Positions 27,301-39,300 of a DNA stretch of 64,000 nucleotides are shown in pieces (the first letter of the stretch is position 1; every line of letters begins with the position of its first letter). The notes beneath the pieces are model-generated. The model was given only the letters and a program-made list of their open reading frames with translations. It was not told where the DNA came from and did no database searches. Both the position numbers and the translations under genes were made by a program. This stretch comes from Mytilus edulis (Eukaryota): NCBI RefSeq assembly GCF_963676685.1, contig NC_092350.1, positions 10,602,001 to 10,666,000 on the forward strand, in the 5' to 3' direction.

Positions 27301-30300
27301 ATCTGATTATAGATCATCAGAATATATTGACATATACAATTAGTAAATAAATAACGTCTTCTTTGAATTAGAAATATGCATTGCATGCTATGAAATTTTG
27401 TGTCTATTTAAATTTATTTGCAAACACATGTATTTATAATAGATTATACCTTTACATGCATGCTGTGCAGTTTAAATTCAGGTGCAAAACTTTTGTCTGC
27501 ATTAAACATTTAGGTTCTTCTGTTTCATTGCCAGTTTTCAGTAACAAAATTTGATACAACCAATAAAATAATGACCTCTGCTGAAGGTTAAATTGAAAAT
27601 TTCTGTATGAATGGACATAAAGTATTTGTACTATACAAATTATCTTGCATTTGTCTGAATTATTTATGTGATCAAATGCTTATACAATGTAAAGATACCA
27701 GGCTTGGAATTTTGTATGCCCTACTCTATACAGGCATTTCACCTTCAAAAGACGCATCAGTGCCATCAGTGACACTGGAATCACAAAAAATAAAAAGTGC
27801 GAAGTCCAAAGTTAAATATCATTGATCATAAGAACCTAATATTAAGATGGTTTTTACCAAAAACTTAAAGTAAGATTCTTTTCCTGTGAAATGAATAAGA
27901 CCAATTAAGTACTATAACCTGTTGTCTTATTATGTTTTTAACTGAGCACCATGACCTCTATTTTTTGTTATCTTTTCCAGATCAAACATGCCTTCCAAAC
28001 CACTTCACATGTAATAACCAGCGATGTGTAAAAATAGAATGGCTTTGTGATGGAGATAATGATTGTGGGGATGACAGTGATGAACTCAGTTGTCGTAAGT
28101 TACTGTTACCATAGTGATGCACTCAGTTGTCTTAAGTTGCTGTTACTATAGTGATGAACTTAGTTGTCGTTAGTAACTGTTACTATAGTGATGAACTCAG
28201 TTGATGTAAGTTACTGTTTCTAAAGTTATGAACTCAGTTGATGTAAGTTACTGTTACTATAGTGATGAACTCAGTTGTCTTAAGTAACTGTTGCTACAGT
28301 GATGAACTCAGTTGTCTTAAGTTACTATTACTATAGTGATGCACTCAGTTGTTGTAAGTTACTGTTACTATAGTGATGAACTCAGTTGTCTTAAATTACT
28401 GTTACTATAGTTATTAACTCGGTTGTTGTAAGTTGCTGTTACTATAGTGATGAACTCAGTTGTCGTAAGTTACTGTTACTAAGTGATGAACTTAGTTGTC
28501 TTAAGTTACTGTTACTATAGTGATGAACTCAGTTGCAATTGTTCAGTTGTCTTAAGTAATTGTTACTATAGTGATGAACTGAATGTCAAAAGTTACTTCT
28601 CATTTGTCAGAAGTAACTTCAATGTGCTGTGGCGCCTCACTCATTGATACGGACAGCTAACCATGTGTAAATACTTGTACATTTTTTTTATTCAATCTTT
28701 TATTTTAGATTGTACAACAAAATGATAAAAAGCTGTAAAATAAAAAGAGTTGTTGAAAGGAATCTTATATATGCAGAAGAAACATCAACAGTAACTAAAC
28801 AAAACTGAGTTCAAAACTTAGCAAGCATATGTGTCCATATTGATATCATGCACTGCTAGTACAATCACATTTTTTTCTTATGCAAGATTCTTCATTCATA
28901 TTTCAGCTTTTAATTATCAATTCTAATCAGTTAATGAAAAGATTTTGTGTTTATTTCAGCCTCAAAGAATTGTAGTACTGACCAGTTCCCCTGTAGTGAT
29001 GGAAGTTGTATACCCAAACATTGGAAATGTGACCATGACCCTGACTGTACTCACAGAGAAGATGAAAGAAACTGTGGTAGGTAACAATAAGATATGTTAT
29101 CCCTTTGATACATAATAGTTATTTACTTACATGTCATGTTCAGGTTGTAGCATGTATAGACAACTCAGATCCATTCTGTAGAGATTTAATGAATTTTGGA
29201 TATCAGTCAATTTTTGATGATTTTCATTAATAACTGCCATACTGTAATTAATTTCAAGTGTACATAAAATTACATTGATATTATCATAATAATTATTGTT
29301 ATGATATCACACATACCTTGGTAGCATTAAATACACATAACTTTTTGGATAGACTTATTATTAGTTAGTTCACTTGTATGGTCTACATCTCTTGAGAAAT
29401 GTGAATGACAAAGTAACGAGAAGTTCTTGTGGATTTACAGCCTATTCTGTAATCATTGTAATTAAAGTATCTTTCTCCAGTTCTCTATAGTTCTGGCCAA
29501 AGTAAAATGAAAAGAAAATAAAGCTGTTAAAAAAATAACCCTATAATTAAATATTTCAGCTGTGACATGTAATGAACACCAGTTTAAATGTCAAGACAAG
29601 TCTAGCTGTATACCTAAAGAATGGAGGTGTAACTCTATACTAGACTGCTCGGATGGCAGTGATGAAGATAACTGTAGTAAGTTAATGTTCCAGCTAACAT
29701 AACTGATAATTATTGGTAGTTGGTCAATGTTCCTGCTAACAAAGCTGGTAAAAACAGAGATGTTATTCTTGCCTAATAGATTGTTGCTTTTCCAGCCAAC
29801 TTGGCTGGTTGTAAAAGCAATTAATACTATGATGAGTTACTTTTCCAGATAATGAAGATAGTACATGTGTATTACAACTATGATATTATATATTTGGTAG
29901 TTAATTACTGTTTCATCTGAAAACCTGGTAACAATGACCTTGTTTTGTATTTCTAAAAAATAAAATGCCTGTAAATTCGGAAATATATGTGAGGTTTTTA
30001 TTAATGCGAAAAATGCAACTGGGTGAGTATCGCAATAATTAGAACTGGCATTTTGATAACAGAAACATAGATCTTTATGCAGATTATTTTGGTAAACGCA
30101 ATAACTAAACTCGCAATGTTTGTCCATTGGTGAAAAATCACAATAATAAATGCATGCAATAATTTCTGAATTTACAGCTGTAATAAAAATACCCAACTCC
30201 AAGGAACATTCCAATCAGAAATTCCCTAATCACATGGCAAAATCTAAAGCTCAAACACATCAAACAAATGGAAAGTTCCTTATCACATGGCAAAATCTAA

Positions 30301-33300
30301 AGCTCAAACACATCAAACAAATGGAAAGTTCCTTATCACATGGCAAAATCTAAATCTCAAACTCATCAAACAAATGGAAAGTTCCTTATCACATGGCAAA
30401 ATCTAAAGCTCAAACACATCAAACACATGGAAAGTTCCTTATCACATGGCAAAATCTAAAGCTCAAACACATCAAACAAACGGAAAGTTCCTTATCACAT
30501 GGCAAAATCTAAAGCTCAAACACATCAAACAAATGGAAAGTTCCTAATCACATGGCAAAATCTAAATCTCAAACTCATCAAACAAATGGAAAGTTCCTTA
30601 TCACATGGCAAAATCTAAATCTCAAACTCATCAAACAAATGGAAAGTTCCTTATCACATGGCAAAATCTAAAGCTCAAACTCATCAAACAAATGGAAAGT
30701 TCCTTATCACATGGCAAAATCTAAAGCTCAAACTCATCAAACAAATGGAAAGTTCCTTATCACATGGCAAAATCTAAATCTCAAACTCATCAAACAAATG
30801 GAAAGTTCCTTATCACATGGCAAAATCTAAATCTCAAACTCATCAAACAAATGGGAAACAACTGTCATATTCCTGACTTGGTACATGCATTACCTTATGT
30901 AGAAAATAGTGGTTTAAACCTGGTCTTATATCTAGGTAAAGTTGTATGCTTGTATGACAGTCACATAAAATTTTACTGCAGTGAATTTATCTTGTTAGTT
31001 TTAAAGAAAGATTTCCTTTTGAGTTAAAATCATAATTGGTACGGATTTAGATTATCACTGTCACTTATAAATGGATATTGTAGATGAGCAGCAAGCCTTC
31101 TGCAGTAAACATGAATTCACCTGTCTACAAACTTCTACATGTGTTCCATTAAAGATGAGATGTGATGGTAAAAATGATTGTAAGTCTGGGGAAGATGAAT
31201 TACTTTGTGGTAAGTTTGTTGTTACATGTAGTTTCGTCTGTTGTAAAAACATGGAATAGATACTCATTTGAAACTTTATCAATTCAAAAACTATAGAAAA
31301 ATTCCAACCTACCCCTCTTAAAAATGCTTTTTGTTGTTTAGAGAAATAAGGTCTTCTAGAAAATTACTATCCTTTATGCAATACTTATCATCGATAGAAT
31401 TCAGTTGGTAGTTATGAGGCTGATCACATCCTAAACATTGTTTGGAGGAATTGAAGTAAGATATATGTTCTAATCATGGTATATTTTTACTACTCCATAG
31501 CAATAAATTCCCTACTCAAATAGTCTACAACAGTGAACATAAATGAGTGTTTGGGGAAGATAATTTGTTTCAGTCACATTCAATACTACAAAATTCTGAA
31601 ATAGCTCTACAATTCTGTAATTGTCATTGATGTTAGGAGTTATTGTTATGGATTTTTTTTTTAAAGTAATATCAACAGAAAAAAATGTGGGAAAAACTGT
31701 TACACAAAATATCCAGGACTGAAAATGGAGTTTTAGGTGAAAAGTTATCTTGGTGTATCATTCTTTTTTCACTTTTGTTCACAGAAGTGTCAGATAAATC
31801 TGACTGTTCATCAGATGAGTATGTATGTGGTGATGGATCCTGCATAGCTATGGACTGGGTCTGTGATGGAGTAACGGACTGTGCCAACCTAATGGATGAA
31901 CAGAATTGTAGTAAGTTACCCCACCCAATTCCACTCTGTTGCCTACTTTCTGTATATTCATAAGGATTGTACTTTAGATAAAAAATCATGAGGAATTCTT
32001 TTAGGTCTGAATTTGCCAATAAAATAGTTTAACTGAAGTGTAGTCAGAACCTCAGTTTGAATAAGATTTCCTCCTTTAGTTCACTTGGTATGTACAGATA
32101 TGAAATATTCTCCTGAAATCAAACAAGCAATTGTAACCAAACTTCGATTGAATTATTCCTCGTATATTTTGAATTCAGATTTTGCCAGACAATCATGTTA
32201 ACCAACCAAATTGAAAGACCAAGATTTTTCTAGTTAGTGAAGATAGTGGCCATTGTTTATGTAGACAATTGATAGTTTGCCTATTTTTTAGCTTTTTTGT
32301 CTTGTAATCCTAACCAGTTCAGATGTGACAATGGTCATTGTATCAGTAGATCTAAAAGATGTGATGGAGTTGATGACTGTTCCGATGACAGTGATGAAAA
32401 GGGGTGTGGTAAGTTGATAGAACATCCCACTAATAAATACTTTATCCCTCCCACTTACTGAATTTATTCAATAAGAATGTGTAAACAATTGATGGTAGGG
32501 AAGTTTGTAAGTTATATTTGGACAGCAAACTTATTTTCTTTGTCCCCTTTAATTGTGGGTTTAGGGGTTGATTGTAATTGTTTGGTGCTCTATTCACTGA
32601 TCTGTTTAATGTGGCAACTGTATAATAAATTTTATTAGTATATGATAAATAGTTTTGTTGAATCAAATGGGTCATGTCAGAATGATATTTGTACTAACTA
32701 TAACGCTCATGAAAGTTTGTTAATCTGCAATAAAAATGGTAAGACAGATTCAACCGACGTTGCATTGGTTGTAATAGAACATGAAGTGTGCACATTCTAT
32801 TTGATTTTTTTATCTTAAATATTTATGAGGTTTCTCATACTAAAAAATGGACCTAGCCATTTATACTTATATTATTTTGAAAAAAACGACAACTATTATT
32901 ATTATAATTATTTTTTGTAATATTCCTATATTTTTCATTACCTAGAAACCCTAAATGGAGAGATACAGTGCAGTCCAGGACAGTTTAGTTGTGGCAATGA
33001 GAAATGTATTTCCTTGGACAAGAAATGCAATACATTTGATGACTGTGGGGATTCTTCTGATGAACTGAACTGTGGTAAGTGTCATGGTAACAAGAACTTA
33101 GTAATTTGTCATGGTAATAAGAACTTAGTAATTTGTCATGGTAACATTTCATGGTATCGTACATTGTGCTAGTTATGGATTTTATGTTTGGTAAATAAAA
33201 TTCTTGTATGAAGACATAATGCATGGGTTGGGTTCACTAATCCAACGGGATTTGCAATGCATTTATTACCCCCATCATGTCCCTTTTGGTTATTTTCTTG

Positions 33301-36300
33301 ATTTAAACAGTAGCTGTTTATGACATAAAACTATATCATTTCTGTATTGACAGTATGGTAGAATAATCCCTCATTTGAATCATATTTTTGTAAGGTTTAT
33401 TTGCCAAAAACTGAATCTTTTGAGGATATAAGATATTTCTTTTGCCTGAGTTATAATACACTTAAGAAGTAGAAAAAAATGGTAAATTATAAATTATAAT
33501 AATAAAATTGAGAATGGAAATGGGGAATGTGCCAAAGAGACAACAACCCGACCATAGAAAAAAACAACAGCAGAAGGTCACCAACAGGTCTTCAATGTAG
33601 CGAGAATTTCCCGCACCCGGAGGCGTCCTTCAACTGGCCCCTAAACAAATATATACTAGTTCAGTGATAATGAACGCCATACTAATTTCCAAATTGTACA
33701 CAAGAAACTAAAATTAAAATAATACAAGACTAAGCTATGAATCATCTGTTATAAGCTTTCATTGAGGATGTCTTGTTGATGATATTTCTCTACTGATTTA
33801 TAAAGATTAAGTATTATACAATACAGACAGTTTAATCTGTGTGAGAAGACTTGTGATGTTGATGACAGAACATGAAACACAAGATGACAGACTGATGATA
33901 GAATTACCATACTATTACATAATTATTTATCAAAGAAAATAGGCTACAGTTAAATGTGTTGAATAGTTTTTTTTAAAGATTACACAATAATTTTTTTTTT
34001 TATCAAAGGTGTTGATTTCAATACAAATTTTACCTACTTTCATGTTCTAGTTCTTTAAAGCAAACAAAAAAGACAAATAGTTGTTTCATTTTTAGCATCA
34101 TGATCTTATTTAAAATGTTCCTTTGTGCCAGGATGTTATGAGAAATTTTTGGATTGAACACTGTTATTAAGAAATAATTGAGTAGTTGTTGAATGAAATA
34201 GAATCTTATACATTTTCATATGAAGAAATGTTGATTTGTGGAACTAGTAGATTAGGTTACATGTCAAGAAGACAACAATACATTTACTGTGGAATCATTT
34301 ATTTTTGTGGTTAAAGAAGAAAATGTGGGTTTTTTTTTGTGGATATTAGATTTTGGGAAATTGACAAGTTTACATATATATATAAAATAAACCACATAAT
34401 CCACAAAAATTGGTATACTGCAAAAATGATGATTCCACAGTGCACAATTTTTTAAAAGACATATATTCAGGTCCTTCATTCATCATATAAAAAGGAAGAT
34501 GTGGGATGCTTGCCAATGAGACAACTCTCCACAAGAGACCAAATGACACAGAAATTAAAAACCATAGGTCACTGCATGGCCTTCAACAATGAGTAAAGTC
34601 CACACTGCATGGCCTTCAACAATGAGTAAAGTCCACACTGCATAGTCAGCAAGGCCCTGAAATGACAAATGTAAAACAATTCAATATGTTTGTCTTAGAT
34701 GAGACTGGTGTTTATATCATATCAAATAATTGACATATTTAACTTATTTCAGGTGAGGAGGTTCTGATTTATGCCCAGGGACAATACTTAAGGAAGATAG
34801 CACTGAGCATGCCTAACTATCCCGATGTTAAGATACCACTGAAAGGTGTGAAGAAGATCATAGCCATTGATTACAACCCTATAAGTAACATGATTTACTG
34901 GAGTGACCAGGATCTCAACACTATTAGTGCAGCTTATCTGGATGGTTCAGGTACAATAGTTAACTCCCCTTCTTGCTAATACTCATCTTTTCTTACACTG
35001 TGAACAAAAATGACAATAATGACTCTTTGTTGAAAAATGGTAGCCAGTATTTCTGGCCATGAAAACATTTGACTTTTTCCACATTTTAAATCAAGTCAGA
35101 TGATAGAATTTTTATGGTTTCAAATATCTCTTCTACTATTTAACCATATATGTAAGAGTAAGTTGTAGTCGAGTTTAAGAAGTTATATTGTTATCAAAAC
35201 CAGGGTCATTTGTTTTTTGAAAATAACAGATGTCCCACATACTTTAGTAAAAGTATATGTAACTCAGGTGATATATCAATATTGGCAAGTAACCCACTGT
35301 CAACACTAGGGACTATATTTGTGGACAACGAAAATCAAGGGATGACAATTGTCGTCTCGGACCTATTTGTATAATATTAGGACAAATCTTTTCTTATCAA
35401 AGGTCAGAAAATAATATCAAGCAAAGTGAAGTCATCTGATGGTATAGCAGTAGATTGGATCAACCAAGTTTTATTCTGGACAGATACAGGCTCTGATAAG
35501 ATAGAACAGGCAAATCTAGATGGTACCAAACAGATTACTATCCTGTCTAAAGATCTTGACGAACCAAGAGATATTGCAGTGGACCCAGTAGAAAAGTGAG
35601 TTTAACATGGAACTGATGTATAACATTTCTAAGCTGTGCTTATTTAGGGATATTTCTGTGGGCTGATTAGAAATGTGAATATAGCAGACCACTCTCCTGT
35701 ATAGATGACTGAAATATTTAAGGAATAATACAGTAGAAAGAGAGAGAAAATAAGTTCAAGCACATTGATGTAGGCGTTATCTATATATGATAGTACCCAA
35801 AAGTACTTGTACTATTATAATCTACAAGGAAAAGTTAATTTTATGAAACTACAATATGTTTGAATTTAAAAAGTTTAAGAATGTTCACCCCAAAGCATTT
35901 TAAAAGGGAAACTGATTTGTAGCATCTTCGAATTTTAGAAGTAAGACACTTTTGTTTATATAAACTGTTGTCTTGTAGTTTAAGACTGACTAATGAATTG
36001 TGTTAAATTTCAGATTTGTATATTGGTCTGACTGGGGTCAACAACCTAAACTAGAGAGGTCAAGATATAATGGAACAGACAGACAAATCCTTATTGACAG
36101 TGAGATTCAATGGCCTAATGGACTAGCATTAGACTTGGCAGACAGGAAGCTTTACTGGGGAGATGCTAAGAAACAAAGAATAGAAAGAGCTAATTTGGAT
36201 GGTTCAAACAGAGAGGTTGTAATATCAACTGATATACCTCATTTGTTTGGGCTGAGTTTGCTTGGTAAGTTCTTTAGTATATTCCTTTTTTCATACATTC

Positions 36301-39300
36301 GTTAACTCGATCACAACAAAACAGAATAGAAACAAAATTGTGCCAAATGTTAGCTTGGAGTGAACAATCTCTAGCCTTTTAAATTCCCAACATTTTTCAG
36401 ATAAGCTTACTGATAAAGGAGGAGTTTCTTTTGATTTTTGATTTGTCAGATATTGATGGAATCCATAAATTCAAAGGCCAATAAATAAATATAGATTCCA
36501 CAACTGCAACATGTGTGTTACGATATTTCTCCACTCGAGACAGTTAAATTTTAATATTTAAAGGCTTGCTGAGCTTTTTAGATAATTAAAATTCAACTGG
36601 CGAGAGAGGAGAAATATCATAATACACGAGTTAAAGTGGTGAAATTTGTTTCTCTAATGAATTTTATCCTTCCTTTTCAAAGATTTAAAGAAAGTTGTGT
36701 ACTTTTTATGTGATGTCATTAGGCAAAGTCACCTGTTTTTATGACATCACAATAGGCTTATTCAGAAGAAGCCAAGAACATTTAATGTCACAGTTAAATT
36801 TCGATCAATCATTTGCCAAGAACAGATTTTTCATTAGTATAGAAAAATATTTTTCTCACACCAATCAAGAAGTGTGAAAAAAGCGCAAAAATTAGAGAAA
36901 AAAAAAACCAGATTCAGATTCAATGAAACAATCAAATAAAATCCAGATAAAATAAATACTTTTACAGTTGAAAATTTTTTACTTACTAAGAAAGGGATTA
37001 ATAAATATACAATCTAGATAGGAATAGAACTAGTAAATAAATTTATGACACCAAACCATATACACACTTTATACTTGTTTTTTGTGTATTTAGGTAACCA
37101 TATTTACTGGTCAGACTGGAAAGATACATCTTTAAATAGATGTGATAAAAGGACGGGAAAGAACAAAGTCACCATATTGAAACATCATAGCAGGAATCTA
37201 GGCATGTTCATGGATGTCAAAGCTATCAAGGTCAAACTTATAAAAGGTAAGGTCAAACACATTCATATCTGGACATGGGAAATGTTTGGCTGTGGAAATA
37301 AATGGAAACAATTAATGTCAAATTGCCTAAATACCGGTCACTTCATGAAACTGAGCATATTCATTGGTTTATAGAATTATTCATGTTAAATTTCCCATAA
37401 TTGTGACATATTCAGGGTTGTCAATTATCAGCACCAGACTGCCATTATAAAACAGATATCATAGAAGGGAGCTGTCAAATTTCCCTAATACTTCAGGAAT
37501 GTATTGTCTTAAGATATTTGAGTATTTTGTTCTCTGAATTTCAGGAGACAGAAATAAATACTGTGGATTTGATGAGTTCCATTGTGAGAATGATCTTTGT
37601 ATTGGGAACAAGAAACGATGTAATGGCAAGAATGATTGTGGAGATAATTCTGACGAGAAAGACTGTGGTAAGAATATAAAAGAGGGAAATCTAGTCTCTT
37701 ACAAGTATTAGACTAATAAAAATATATCAATAAAACAACTTGTACCAGTAATGTTCAAATTGTTTAATTTTTAAAACAAATTAAGGAAAAGTAGTTATAT
37801 TATATATGCAGCCAAAAACAGTTGGATGAAACAGGAATATATACACACTCAATCCATGAAAAGCCATTATATCACAAATTATAATGAATCAACAGATTTT
37901 TTGATTTAATATTGAAATACAAATGCCCAACAACCTAAATTATTGTTGAATAGTACCCTTTATATAGTATTAACTTTTCAGCCTCATATATAATAATTGA
38001 TGAAAAAACAATATATGGAACTCAGCAAAACCAACAAATTCTGTCTTTTCTATAAATAGATTTACCAGCCACTTGTGACAAAGATAATGGAGGTTGTCAG
38101 CAGACGTGTCGTATATTTGGCCAGCAGGCAAGATGTGACTGTTTCCCGGGCTATTATCTACAATCAGACATGAGGAACTGTAAAGATATAAATGAATGTA
38201 ACTTTGAAGGCACATGTAGTCAAAAGTGTACAAATGTGCCGGGAACATATAAATGTTATTGTGTTGATGGTTACACATTAAAGCCAGACGGCAGAGGCTG
38301 TAAAGCTGATGGTAGGTAGACCAGGGTGGTTACTTTTTAGATACATGTAGGTATACCAGGATACCAGTTAAAATCTTGTGCAAATTTCTAACAGCTGTAT
38401 CTACTGATATCAGGGTACAATTAAATATGTATTGTAAAGCTTCTGTAAGGTAAACTAATGTAACATTGAGAGGGGAAATGGGACATTTGTCAAAGAGATG
38501 ACAACCCGTACAAAGAGCAGACAACAACAGAAAGCCACCAATGGGTCTTCAATGTAGCGAGAAAAATGTGTTTGTTGAAGCCTAGTACAGCCTTTCTGTA
38601 CAGGTTTTATGTGGTTGGAAGACTAAAGAAAATAGAAGAAATGGTAACATTTCTTTGTTCAAAAAAGTATTCTGATATGAGAAGACTACAGAATCTTTGC
38701 TGTCAAAAATCCCAGAATCAAGTATGAGTCAAACTGCTGCAATGAAATTACTAGAATGACATATCTTTCTTTCATTTGGACAAATGGATGCAATGTTTTC
38801 TTATCTTAAACTCTTTGAATGTTTCCTTCTCTTAAACTCTTTGAATTGCCAGTATTAAATAAAACAAAGAATAGCAACATTATGAAAGTTAAACTTATGA
38901 ATTTAATTGCAGCTTATGTTATTTTTTGGAATTAATAAAAACTTAAAATGTATATTTCAGGTGGGAAAGCATATTTGATCTTTGCCAACCGTGTTGACAT
39001 CAGGCGAGTCCTACCAGATAAGTCAGAGTACGATTCTATACTTCAAGGTTTACAGAACGCCATTGCTTTAGACTTTCATATAGATAAGAACTATGTGTTC
39101 TGGTCTGATGTGGCTCTAGATAAGATTAAGAGAGCTTATATTAATGGTAGTGAGATTAAAGAAGTTGTACAGTATGGCTTAGAAAGTCCTGGTAAGTTAT
39201 AATGATAGAAAGTCCTGGTAATTTATAATCATAGAAAGTCCTGGTTAGTTATAATCATACAGAGTCCTGGCAAGTTATGATCAGGGAAAAGGAGAAACAT

